Positions 1-11,409 of a DNA stretch of 23,488 nucleotides are shown here, one piece after another (the stretch's first letter is position 1; every line of letters starts with the position of its first letter). The stretch spans positions 1 through 23,488 of the forward strand of contig NW_021836608.1 in assembly GCF_006345805.1 (NCBI RefSeq). The letters are read 5' to 3'. Position numbers and translations under genes: made by a program. The stretch comes from Octopus sinensis. Its lineage: Eukaryota. Below the pieces are notes generated by a model. That model searched no databases, had not been told where the DNA came from, and saw nothing but the letters and a program-made list of their open reading frames with translations.

Positions 1-861
1 TATATATATATATATATTATATATATATATAGATATCTATACATATATTGTATATGTACATATACATATATATATATATATATATATATGTAGTATATAT
101 ATACATACATATATAGATATATTATATATACACGTATATACATGCATGTGTGTGAGTGTGTGTGAGAGTAGAGATGAATCAATATTTAAAAAAATGTGTA
201 AGAATAGTTAAAAAATAAAAGCAAAATCAGCCCTCTCTTTTCCGTAGTCAAGTGTATTCCCCATCAAGGAAGACAGATGAAAGCCCATTTATTTATATAG
301 ATGCCCTGAGGTGAGATCGTTTCTGTAAACAAACACTCACCAAGCAGCACGCGTTCTTCTCCTTTTATTCACATATAGTTATGCATGTAATTCTCCTGCA
401 CACATTTTCTTTTCATATACATAAGTGTTTAATTATTTTGGCAAGGTGGGAAAGGGCAGAGGGCTAATTGTGTGTTTGTGTGTGAAAACGGGACTGTGCG
501 CGTGCGAGCGTGCGTGTGTATGTGTGCCTGTGAGAATGGGCGTGTGTCTGTGTTTGTTTGTGTGTGAGTGAGACTTCTGAATAGGCAAGCACTTGGTATA
601 CGGTATACGGTATACGCCTGCATAGACTTATCTAAACGCATGTACGTATGATTATACACGGGGCGTATTGTCACATATGGGCACTTATATGCATGCAATC
701 ATATATACATTCAGAAATGTAGACAGAACCGTGTGCGTGTATGTGTTTGTTTGTTTGTGTGTGTGTGTGGGGGGGGGGTTTGTAGAGTGTGTGTGTGTGT
801 GTAAGCTGCCTTAGTTTCACATAACTTAAAGTTTCGTGGGCGTAAGAACCAAACGCTGCTA

Positions 862-904
<43 letters not shown>

Positions 905-1025
905 TATCATAGATAGATAGATAGAGATAGATAGACCGCTTGGGATGATATATCTAGATACATACATATCTATATATATATATCTATAATATATCTATAT
1001 ATATATATATATCTATATATATATA

Positions 1026-1070
<45 letters not shown>

Positions 1071-1234
1071 TTTATAATTTCTGCTTTTGTGTTATGAAAA
1101 CATTTTACGTTAATTTGAAGGATTACTACTCAATACGTTTGTTAGAGCACAAACTTATCATCCTTTAGCAAATATAGACTAAATAAGTACTTCGAAATTT
1201 TCGGCGAGCTAAGCGGTCCTGGCGTATATGTATG

Positions 1235-1266
<32 letters not shown>

Positions 1267-1305
1267 CATACATACTTATATACATATATAGATGCCAACA
1301 CACAA

Positions 1306-1369
<64 letters not shown>

Positions 1370-1450
1370 ATACATACATATATACATATATAATTATACA
1401 TGAATTTATACATGCATTCGCGCGCACACACACACACATACACACACAGA
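1..1450. repeat. (TA)n, (TG)n, (GATA)n and (CA)n microsatellite arrays with short unique spacers
   Basis: Directly visible arrays at about 1-165, 470-800, 861-1075 and 1228-1450. Confidence 0.85.
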
Positions 1451-1828
1451 GCCAGACACATATGCATAGTTCAATTATTTTTCTGTTTAACAACAATGAT
1501 GACCCCCTCACACACACGCACACCTACCTCACCCAAAATAGAATATTCTCCAGAAACGATACTGTCCCGTCGTCAGTGGGCTTGCTGAAGTTGACTTCGA
1601 TGGTATCAGCTTAGACCAGCTCAAGCTCAAATATATCAATCCGTGACATAACATTTGCCATATTGCACATCATAACAGCAAAATTTAACATTAGAATTAG
1701 AAATTACTCGGCAGCAGGCCTAAATGAAATTTTTGCTAATTCTTGTGGCAATGTGAAGTCTTCCTTCAACAGATGACAACAAATTTGTGGTGAAGTTGAT
1801 TTAATCCCTATTAGTTAGAGTGTGATAC

Positions 1829-2775
1829 CTAAACGAAAGACACTAGGGTGGAAGTGTATCGCTTCCGGAGCACATCAAGGATGACAAAAGCAAGAAACAG
1901 ACATGCTACACACAGCGACGATGTAGTAGACTTATATGTGAACGGACCCTCTCGGGTGAGCAGCTGAGGAGAAGCTGTAGTTCGGTGAGAAGGGCATGGG
2001 CGGAGTAGACGAGATGCCGTCGAAAGTAACTGCTGCATTATCGATGTTGAGTTTACCCTGGATTATGAGTGCCGCGCAGTGCATGTAACCGTGCATGTTC
2101 GGGTGCACCATGGTACAAAACTGCTCGGCGAGTATGCACTGATCTGGTATCGGATCTTTTTGGTATGACACGGTGTTGTAGCGCAGGTAACACCGGAAAG
2201 CAGATGTCTTGTTGAAGGAGAATCCAGAGACAAATTGGAAGAAGGCCGGAGCGGCGAAGTTGTCGAGGAGGAGGTCCTCCAGCGCACAGTATTCGAGCTG
2301 CCAGACGGCGCGGTTCACTCCGGGACGGATATTTGACAGGTTCAAGTAGTACCGGTGGTAGGTGAGCAGACGGTGACTCGTTCGGTTGTAGTGCTAGAGC
2401 CTGACACCCGGGTTGTTCGGCCCGACACCAAGCAAAGCTCTGTTCATTTGAACCACTGCAGGAGCCATCAGCATTACTGAAGAAACGACGCCATCTTTAT
2501 ACAACAAACCTGAAGGTGTCTGTGTGCTCGTGTCCATAGATCTGCATGTCGACAGTGTCGGAGTAGTTAGTCAAGATGTCCACTAATTGCTCGTTAAAGT
2601 TTGGTCGCATCCATTGTAGGACGGCACGTCTCTCGAAAACGCCGGGAGAAATGAGCCATTAGTAGCACCTTTTCCTTGTTTTGAGCTGCAAGCTCCAGCT
2701 GGACCTGAAGCCATTCGAACTGTCCACCTGGGTCAGTGGTATTAAGGGTGAAATTATTCAAATTGTAATGAATGA
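1829..2775 (-). pseudogene. Acid sphingomyelinase-like phosphodiesterase (SMPDL3A/3B-type metallophosphoesterase), C-terminal half, intronless and disrupted
   Basis: Manual translation across frames: YNLNNFTLNTTDPGGQFEWLQVQLELAAQNKEKVLLMAHF/PGVFERRAVLQWMRPNFNEQLVDILTNYSDTVDMQIYGHEHTDTFR/LLYKDGVVSSVMLMAPAVVQMNRALLGVGPNNPGVRL*HYNRTSHRLLTYHRYYLNLSNIRPGVNRAVWQLEY..., followed by a Cys-containing C-terminal region. The motifs DPxGQFxWL, AHxPPG, GHxHTD (2535-2518), NNPGVR and WxLEY are characteristic of the ASM/SMPDL3 family. Frameshifts at about 2647 and 2508, in-frame TAG at 2396-2394, and a probable further shift near 1950-2040 into a hydrophobic tail (LCVACLFLAFVILDVL, stop at 1829). Confidence 0.85.
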
Positions 2776-3089
2776 ATGCCGATATCAATTTGATTCGCCC
2801 CGAATTAATTCCTGGAGAAAATAGCTAGACGCACACAATAGACCTGAATATTTTCCCCAGTTTGTAATTCACGTTTCCTAAAGCAAATACAATAAACTAT
2901 CATCCGATCTTACTTCTCATATCATTAAAACATTTTAGATGGTGCGGTGAAATCCAGTATATATGAGTTCCAGAAGATTCATCTCTTGAATACCAGCTAT
3001 CCTAAATAACCCAACTATCATGACATTCATTGTGGTAGAAATCACAGAACGCGATTTCTAAACAATATTGAAGATTGTTTTTATCGTCT

Positions 3090-3240
3090 TAGGCTTACAG
3101 ACAGATAATATGTAATGTCACAACTGCAGGGTCTTTGACAAAGCTGACCTAAGCATTTTGTTGATAAAACTTATCCAACGTTGATGTTTGAAGAAAACTT
3201 CTGTACAGGATTGTGTTTCTTGGAAAGGAGAACCTGACGA
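3090..3240 (+). mobile_element. Highly degenerate LINE reverse-transcriptase fragment (CR1/L2-like)
   Basis: Reads FDKADLSILLIKL at about 3135-3175, resembling the AFDKVDHxILLxKL motif of non-LTR RTs. The remainder is too decayed to align by eye. Confidence 0.3.
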
Positions 3241-3320
3241 AACCCACTGAAGTCTAGTTATTTTAGTATATATCAAAACATCATGTTGGATTCACTTCTA
3301 TTAAATTACATACGTAACTG

Positions 3321-3535
3321 AGCACACCGTCAGAGGCATTTTGGATCGATGTTGAGCCTCTGCCGTTATGTTCTAAGTTCAAATTCCGCCGAGATCGACT
3401 TTACCTTTCATTCTTTCGGGATTGATTGAATAAGTACCAGTTACGCACTGAGATCGATGTAATCGACTTAATCGCTTTTTCCTTGTTTATCCCTGCTATG
3501 TTTACCCCACCCACTGTGGGCAATAAAAAAATAAT
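3321..3535 (+). mobile_element. tRNA-derived SINE (same family as 20271-20645)
   Basis: gttcaaattccgccgagatcgactttacctttcattctttcggg...aagtaccagttacgcactg...aatcgacttaat aligns by eye with 20339-20432. B-box-like GTTCAAATTCC present. Confidence 0.75.
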
Positions 3536-3666
3536 TACTATCACTTACTATCTATTTATTTATCTATCTCCCCTCCTCTCTCTCTGTATATAATGTATAT
3601 ATATATAATATTATATATATATATTTAAAAAAGGAGATGTGGAACACGAGTTGTGATATATAAAAA

Positions 3667-3975
3667 AGGAAATGAAGAAAATGCTGACAAATATTTTAAG
3701 TAATTTAGTAATTTAATTAGGTGAAAGTTCTTTTTACCGGTTGCGCATTTGTTATGCTTATCAAAAGATATTTTTTTAAGAGAGATAGAGTTCCTTTCTG
3801 ATAGATTTTTTCCTCTTTTCCAGGTAAAGAAAAAAAATCTATCAGAAAGCAACTCTATCTCTCTTAAAAATATCTTTTGATAAGTATAACAAATGCGCAA
3901 CCGGTAAAAAGAACTTTCACCTAATTAAATTACTTAAATTACTTAAATATTTTGCCAGCATTTTCTTCATTTCCT
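3667..3975. repeat. Long inverted repeat (about 145-bp arms, about 19-bp spacer)
   Basis: 3667-3811 is the reverse complement of about 3831-3975, with roughly 6-7 differences counted by eye. Confidence 0.9.
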
Positions 3976-3995
3976 TCATATCTATATCCTATATG

Positions 3996-4030
<35 letters not shown>

Positions 4031-4965
4031 ATATAAATATATAATATATCTGCATTTACCTATATATAATTATTTCTAATTTTATCTAATTTTGCATTTA
4101 TCATCAGTTTACATCTATATCTCTCTATCACTGTATCTGTCTAGTTAAGGAAAAAATATCTATTTTTCAATTTATTTATCTTTCAATTGGTTTTTAACTA
4201 AAAGCCAATAGTGTTTCTGTCAAACAATTAATGTATATATGTGCCTATACGAATGTATTTATTTCTCTTTCTTCCCCCTCTCTTTCTCTTTCTCTCGTTC
4301 TCTTCCCCCCCTCTCTCTCTCTGCATATGTGTATGTATAAACACACAGATGTAATTCCCTACATACACATGATTGTTATATGTACGTATGAATATACGTA
4401 TGGAACTCTGTTGTACGTATTTAAGTACGTATATATGTACGTATCTATCTATCTATCTATCCATCTATCTATCTATCCATCTATCCGCTGATCTTACCTT
4501 TCAAATCTCTTAGCTGAAGAATGGAAATTTAAACAGCTTTAAATCAAATCTTATTTTTATTCTTTTCCTTTCTTATATATTTTGATCTTGTCTCTTAAAT
4601 TCTTTCAAATTAGAACGAATTGATTCTCTCATTTAAAATTCTCTATTTCAATATTAGCTTCTCTAAAGCATTTTAAATTATTTCTTTCTTAAATTTCACT
4701 TCCATCGTCTCTTTTTGTACTTTCAAGTGAGATGATGCGCTCTTTGTGGATTACGGCTTAAACATGATTATAATGACTGTGCAATCTTCCGAAAAAATGG
4801 AGGGTGGTATGTGTAAGTGTGCAATAGTATATCTTAGAATATGTGTGTTTGTTTGTGTGTGAACGCGTATTTATGTACGTTTATGTATGTGTACATATAT
4901 ATGTATGTATGTGTGTGTGTGTGTGTGTGTTTCAGTGGTGGTAGTAGTGACAAAGGCGGTGAATT

Positions 4966-5085
4966 GACAAAACTGACAAAGCGTCGGTTTACTCTCAGGC
5001 TCCGATTTTCTGCTCTCTTAGTTCGAACCCCACGGAGGTCACCTTTGTGTTTCATCCTTTGGGGTATGATAAATAAAGCAGTGGA
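4966..5085 (+). mobile_element. Degenerate tRNA-derived SINE
   Basis: gttcgaaccccacggaggtcacctttgtgtttcatcctttggggtatgataaataaag resembles the core of the SINE at 20339-20400. Confidence 0.55.
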
Positions 5086-5122
5086 ATAGGAAGTTTCTTA
5101 TATATATATATATATATATATA

Positions 5123-5339
5123 TTAAAATCATAACTTAGGGTATCTACGAGATATCGCCATGCTGAAAATAGTAGTCAGGATCTGACTCTAAGACCACAT
5201 TAAGTGTTCATATAGCACAAGAAAAGAAAACAAAAAGACAAAATAAAACTAGTAAAAAATTACTGGAGAATTCCAGATCCCGGATTTCCATGCTGGCCAC
5301 TTGATAAGATCGTTACTTAATTTAAATTAGCGATATTAT

Positions 5340-5342
<3 letters not shown>
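5123..5342. mobile_element. Unclassified insertion of about 220 bp between two (TA)n arrays
   Basis: Non-repetitive block bounded by (TA)n at 5099-5122 and 5343-5380, with an imperfect terminal hairpin at about 5303-5340. Confidence 0.35.
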
Positions 5343-5383
<41 letters not shown>

Positions 5384-5929
5384 CTACGGCGTGTGTATGT
5401 GGAGAGATGAGGTTTTCTCTGTTACCTGGTGAGGGTTGCTATGGTTCTGGATTTCTCACCTGCTGTTCTCTGTTTCTGCATTAGTTTTGGTATATTGAAA
5501 GTGATGATTACAGTTATGGTTATTGCTGTTGATACTTTTGACGATGAAGAAGATAATAGTAATGATGTTGATTTTGTTTAGCTACCAAAGGCGTTCAAAT
5601 CTTGATCACTCCATTCTTCTTTATTTTCAAAGCATTGTGTATCTTTGATTATATTACGCAATAACCCGTGGTTTGTTTGAACACTACCTACTGGTCCTTA
5701 AGTACTCTTAATGAAATCCTCTCCATCGCGAACATTGCTGGCCACTGCCCCGTCTGAAGTTTTTTTCCTCCTTCCCACTTGTCTCAACGACCCTGAAAAA
5801 GAATAAGGGTTATGCAATTCCTCTTGACTAAAAACGAAAAATGCTCTTCCTTTCGTGTGTATTAAGGGTATTTGGCTGCTGTTTCTAGTCGGTCTATCGA
5901 GCCCAAACAAAGACAATAGATTTGCGATG

Positions 5930-6580
5930 GCATGTGAGGGGAAGTAGGGGAAGAGGACGATGATGGCAGTGATTGCTATTATAGTGGTTCTAATGATTGA
6001 GCTGGCTATGGTGATGCTGGCTGTATTGATAGTGATATTGTTGCTGATGTTGTTTTGATCGTAATCCTGCTGCAGATGATGGTGGTGGTGGTGGTGTTTA
6101 CTTTTAGTGGTCGTCATTAGAGGTGAGGGTGTTAGTGGTGATAGTTAAATAGTAGTATTGATGACGTTAACGGTGACGGTAATAGTAGTGTTGTTGCTGG
6201 TGTTGTTGTTGTTGGTTTGACGGTATAGGCTGTGGCATTATAGTAGTGCTGGTATTTGGTGCTAGTGATGGTGATGGTTATAACATTATCGATGGTGTTA
6301 CTGATTCTGACGAGTCTGGATGGTAGTGGCGGTGGTGCTGGTTTTGCTGGTGGCAGGGACGTTTGCAGGGAAGTTGGTGAAAGTGACATACTTTGCATAA
6401 CAGAGAAGACGGTATTGGTAATTTAAAATAAAAATCCACCTTCTTTGTATAAAGCTGTGTAACTGACCTCTGCAGAAAATCACCATTATTACAATAACAT
6501 CAGTAAAATAAAAATAATAACAATAATAACAATAACAACAACAACAACTACTACTACTACTACTACAAGAACAACAACAA
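5930..6580. repeat. Degenerate trinucleotide low-complexity region (GAT/GGT/GTT then AAC/AAT/TAC)
   Basis: Directly visible imperfect trinucleotide runs. Confidence 0.8.
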
Positions 6581-6584
6581 TAAT

Positions 6585-6850
6585 ATTGGAACTGCCATAT
6601 CCTACGTAAAATACTGTCTATGTAAGCTCAAATTTTAAAATAAATTTATAATTTTCTTATGGTTTCTTAAACATTCTCTGCAACAATACTATGTACAAAA
6701 CGAAATATATGGCACCCTAGGCATAACACCAACATGAACTTCTAGCTTTCTGTCTCTTGAGGTCACTGGGTGAGACTTGGCGCCAACTTGTACAAATGCA
6801 AACCAATAGTCAAACATAAAATAATAATGATGATGAGGATGATGATGATG
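6585..6850 (+). mobile_element. R4/Dong-clade non-LTR retrotransposon 3' end, fragment 1
   Basis: With one base missing it reads IGTA(H)ILRKILSM* (TAA at 6623-6625), the terminal motif of the RLE domain. It is followed by about 195 nt of 3' UTR and an aat/gat tail at 6819-6850. Confidence 0.6.
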
Positions 6851-7292
6851 TTAGTGTTAATTGAGAAAGAAAACAAACGATGCTGGATCATAGATATAGC
6901 ATTCCCAGCTAACAACAAGGTATGCGATAAGGAAGAAAGAAAAGTCGATAGATATGACAGGTTAGCTTGGGAGGTTAAGCAGTTTTGATCGATGAAAAAG
7001 GTGGTAGTAGTACCAATAATTGACAAAGTCCTGGGAACAGTGAGTAAAAATTTTGAGAAGTACATGGACCAAATAGTGGTTGCAATAAGGGTGGACCACT
7101 TGCACTTGCAGAAAACAGTACTGCTTGGAACCGCTTGAATACTCCGGATGTTGCTCGAAAAATAAGAGGTGTTACTTTAGTTCACTGGTAGTGAACAGCT
7201 GACACCATAGTACATCTCCAGCGTTAGAAGCTGTGCAAAAACAATAACATAATAATGATAATAACAACATCAACAACAACAATAATAATAAT
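6851..7292 (+). mobile_element. R4/Dong-clade non-LTR retrotransposon 3' end, fragment 2 (RLE endonuclease)
   Basis: LVLIEKENKRCWIIDIAFPANNKVCDKEERKVDRYDRLAWEVKQF*SMKKVVVVPII...LGTVSKNFEKYMDQI...LQKTVLLGTA*ILRMLLEK* (stop 7163-7165). Tail of aat/aac at 7241-7292. Confidence 0.85.
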
Positions 7293-7727
7293 AGGCTGGA
7301 TATAGTTGTCAGAGATCACAAGGAAAGCAATGGTTTCTAATCGATGTATCAATACCAAAAGATGACAATGTTTCTCTAAAAGAAACGGAAAAACTTTTAA
7401 AATACAAAAATCTGGAAATAGAGGTAACTCGAATGTGGATTCTAAAAACAGAAGCAATTCCTATCATAGTAGGCGCATTAGGTATGATAAACAGACTTTC
7501 AGACAAATATATAGCAAAAACATCAGGATTTACAAATATATATTACATACAGAAAATAGCACTACTAGAAACCGCACACATTCTACCTAAAACACTTTCA
7601 ATACTGTGAAAATAGGAGCACCGCAACAAACCACAGCATATACCTAAGTCACACAGAGCTGCGCTCGGTAGTGCAGTGAAAGCACGGGATAAAATTATGA
7701 CTACTGAATAATAATAATGATAATAAC
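7293..7727 (+). mobile_element. R4/Dong-clade non-LTR retrotransposon 3' end, fragment 3 (RLE endonuclease)
   Basis: RLDIVVRDHK/KQWFLIDVSIPKDDNVSLKETEKLLKYKNLEIEVTRMWILKTEAIPIIVGALGMI...IQKIALLETAHILPKTLSIL* (stop 7607-7609). (AAT)n tail at 7707-7727. Confidence 0.85.
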
Positions 7728-9390
7728 GAAAAATGTGAGAAGCCTTATATGGAATAGCATGAAATGCTGGATAACGGAATTGACAACTGGAAAACAAGTA
7801 TTAAGACAAGTGAAAATCAAGATTTCGTGCTGGGAGCGATCCCCTTGAGTGAAATACTACAGAAAACAAAGTTAGGGTATGATCTGTGAAGGGGTAAGGG
7901 AAAACTGAACCACTTGCTATTCATAGACGACATGAAGCTATTTACAAAAACTGAGGCAGAACTCGACAGCCTAGTCCAGTCCGTACATATTTTCTCCAAT
8001 GATATTAAGATGGAGCTTTGACTCTCAAAATGTGCTAAGATGGTGATGACACAAGGAAAGCTTATCAGGACAGAAGGTACATGATTGCCAAGTGGTGAAA
8101 TGATGAAGGCAATTCAACCTGAATCTAGCTATAAATAACTGGAAATACTTGAGACAGATGGAATCAAACACCATCACACGAAAGAAAAGACAAAAAGAGA
8201 GTACCTGCGACGTGTGAGAAAAATATTGGCTTCAAAGCTGAATGCCAGAAACATAATTTCGGCAATAAACTCGCGCGTAGTCGCAGTAGTTCGGTATGGC
8301 GCTGGAATTCTGAAGTGGATAGAGGAGCAGCTAAAAGAGATGGACAGGAAGTCAAAAAAGCTCATAACGACGCATAGAGCGCAACATCCACGTGCGGACA
8401 CTGATCGCCTATACATGAAGAGAGTAAATGGAGGAAGAGGACTGATAAGTGTAGAAGACTGCGTGCGTATCGAACTCGAAAGTTTAATGAGATACCTAGC
8501 CCAAAGTAAGGAAACATTGCTAGTGATGTTTAGGAACGAAACTGTATTGAAAGCAGAGAAAAAAAATGAAAAACAAAGGAAGAAGTGCATAAAGGGGATG
8601 GAGAAGGGTTACGCAAGAAGGTACTACACAATCAGTTCCATATAGCCACAAGAGAAGTTGCTGGAAAAAATAGGTGGGATTGGCTGATAAAAGGAACCCT
8701 AAAAAAAAGAGACCGAGAGCACTATACTAGCAACTGCAAGATCTAGCTTTGGCCACAAACTGGAAAGTCAACCTTAGGAATGAGCAAGTGTCTCTGCAGT
8801 GCAGCATCTCCATATCACAAACTAATGCCCTAGACTTCACCAAAACCACTACATGTTGTGGCGACACGATCAGGTAGCGAAAGTGCTACATTGGAAACTA
8901 TGCGAAAAATGGGGACAAGAGGAGGCAAGATGTGGTATGAGCAGAAACCACAGAGAGTGGCGGAGTCGGAGACTAGCAAAATCGTTGGGATTTCCTAATC
9001 CAAACAGATCGGGTGCTAGGGCATAACATACCGGACCTAGTGGTGGTGGAAAAGGCGCACCATATATGCTATATAGTTCATGTTGCATGCCTCTTGGACT
9101 CACGAATAGTCAAGAACGAAGGTGAAAAGATAGATAAATACAACCCTTTTAAGTACGAACTAGCCCAGGAATGGAAAATAAAGAAGGTAAAGATAGTGCT
9201 AATTATTATTGGGTTCTTGCTAACAGTATCAGAACTGTTACAAAAGGTTTTTCTCTCTGGCACGGCCAGAATAACCAGGGAAGTATTAGGTAGCTGAAAA
9301 GAACGAATAGCATGGTTCCGTAGGCTGCAGGTAGCAAGCGCGCTACTCATGCAAGATTCTAGGAGCTGCAACAAAACCTGTGATAAAGAG
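7728..9390 (+). mobile_element. R4/Dong-clade non-LTR retrotransposon, 5'-truncated, RT C-terminal half plus RLE (fragment 4), disrupted
   Basis: RT motif LNHLLFIDDMKLF at 7905-7943; RRVRKILASKLNARNIISAINSRVVAVVRYGAGILKW...RLYMKRVNGGRGLISVED (ORF 8214-8645); WDFLIQTDRVLGHNIPDLVVVEK...EKIDKY...GTARITREVLGS* (ORF 9013-9297). Several stops, frameshifts and deletions. Confidence 0.92.
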
Positions 9391-9391
9391 A

Positions 9392-9452
<61 letters not shown>

Positions 9453-9545
9453 GTAATGATGATGATGATGATGATGATGACGATGATGATGACGATGACG
9501 ACGACGACGATGATGATAGCAATAACAATACTAGTAATAATAACA
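9391..9545. repeat. (AAT)n-(GAT/GAC)n compound microsatellite (tail or target of the Dong fragment)
   Basis: Perfect AAT run at 9391-9452, then GAT/GAC repeats. Confidence 0.95.
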
Positions 9546-10339
9546 GCATAATTATAAATAAAATTCAATGTAAAAAAGTTAATATATAAATGAAAGAAAC
9601 ATAAAAAGTATTATAAAAAATAAATTATGATAATAAAAATAAATTATAATAATTAACAAAAAGAAAAAATAATAATTAGAGATACAGATGAAAAGAAAAA
9701 AATTTCTTCTTAGCAAAGAAGACGGGTTAGTTTAATGGACAAAATAAATAAATAAATAAATAAATAAATAAATGATAAAAACAAGGTATGGGCTTTTTTT
9801 CTGTAAAGTGCTTCACCGCGAAATAGTTTGTTATTGGTTAAATCACAAATAAAATGAAAAAAAAATAAATATATATACATACAACAAAAATAATAACAAT
9901 AAGAAAAACAATTAGGATTAAGAAGAGAGGGAAGGAAAAAAGCAAAGAATTCAAAGACAAACGGAAGGGAACATCTATAATTGTGAAGAAAAAGAGGAAA
10001 AAATAACACATGCTTAAAACAACACCAAAAGCAGCCACACTAAGGAGACCAACAACGTCTTCAATGACGGCAATGAAGACAAGGTTAATAAGAACTAGAA
10101 AAGTAAAGGTTAAAATATATAGAGAGAGACTGAGGAAAATGAAAAGAAAGATTTAGAGAAAGAAAGGCAGGAAGATAGGCAGTAATAACAACGACAATAA
10201 CGAGAACAATAAATGATGAAATAAGAAAAAAGCAAGAAGAAGGAATAGAGGCGAACAACGTTAATTTTGCCATACCTTGATTGACGTAAAGCAATCGAGT
10301 GGAAGACAAAATTTGTAAAATGAGCAAACACATAGATGG

Positions 10340-10793
10340 GTGCATACATAGACACATTCATACATGCATACATACATACATATATACATACATACATACA
10401 TACATACATGCATAAATACATATATACATACATGCGTATATAAAAACATATATACATGCATATACATATATATATATAATGTGATACATGTATATATGTA
10501 TACATGCATATATTTGTGCATATGTATGCGTATACGTGTATATATATATATATATATAATATATATAGACGTTTAAATATATATGAATATGTACATGTTT
10601 TTATACATAGATACATATATGTATATATATACATATATACACATACATACTTACATATATATATATATATGCATATATGTAATTATATATATATATATAT
10701 ACATACACACACGCGCACACACACACCACACACATATGCACATATCCTCGTTGGGTAAATTTAGCATTGCAAATAACAATAATAATAATAATG

Positions 10794-10851
<58 letters not shown>

Positions 10852-10875
10852 TAATAATAATAATATTTATAATAA
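10340..10875. repeat. (TACA)n/(TA)n/(CA)n array followed by (AAT)n
   Basis: Directly visible. Confidence 0.9.
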
Positions 10876-11409
10876 TCACTGGCAGTTGAACAAAATGATG
10901 AATTAAGAATAAAAACAAAAACAAGCAAACATGTATAAGCATTTCTTACAAAACAAATAATGATTTATTTTTACAAATAATACGATGGGGAAGATGAATT
11001 ATAATAAAATAAACGAAACAACGTGAAGAAGAGAGGGAGGGAGGTGGAGGTTGAGGATGAGGAGCAGGACAAACGAAAGATATAAGGAAGGAAGGAAAGA
11101 AGTTGGGTGGGGGGAGGTTAGAGTAAAGTGAAAGAACACTCGGCAAACAAAATCAAAGAATCATACGAACGAACATATATAAACACATTAAATCCAAAAA
11201 AAAAAAAAATAATAAAAAATAAATAAATAAAAATGACGGAAAGAAAAAAAAAACCCCAGCATAAACTCCACTGAACAAATGAATCTTTGTCTTTGCTGCC
11301 AGCTTCACAACCAATTCCTCGTACAACTACACATACTCTCATTTATATACACAGTCCCACACCTAAGCGTCATGCCATCACAAGCTAAAATATATATAAA
11401 AAAAAACAA

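Noticed and set aside
812-850. GAAACUUUAAGUU half-hammerhead on the minus strand
   Set aside because: No CUGANGA or UUGANAA box upstream.
429-1614. ORFs rich in Y/I/H/T/C/V here and throughout the window (e.g. 10110-10942, 12824-13945, 17831-18470)
   Set aside because: They are translations of (TA)n, (CA)n and (TACA)n microsatellites, with no domain signal.
1554-1650. Possible plus-strand exon KRYCPVVSGLAEVDFDGISLDQLKLKYINP after tattctccag
   Set aside because: No recognisable homology, and the opposite strand gives an equally plausible peptide. It may simply be 3' UTR of the SMPDL3-like copy.
5640-6117. 139-aa minus-strand ORF with a complex C-terminal half
   Set aside because: The N-terminal half is trinucleotide repeat. 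The complex part matches no family I recognise, and part of it looks like a SINE tail.
9343-9589. Poly-N/D, poly-L/S and poly-I ORFs
   Set aside because: Translations of the AAT/GAT array in several frames.
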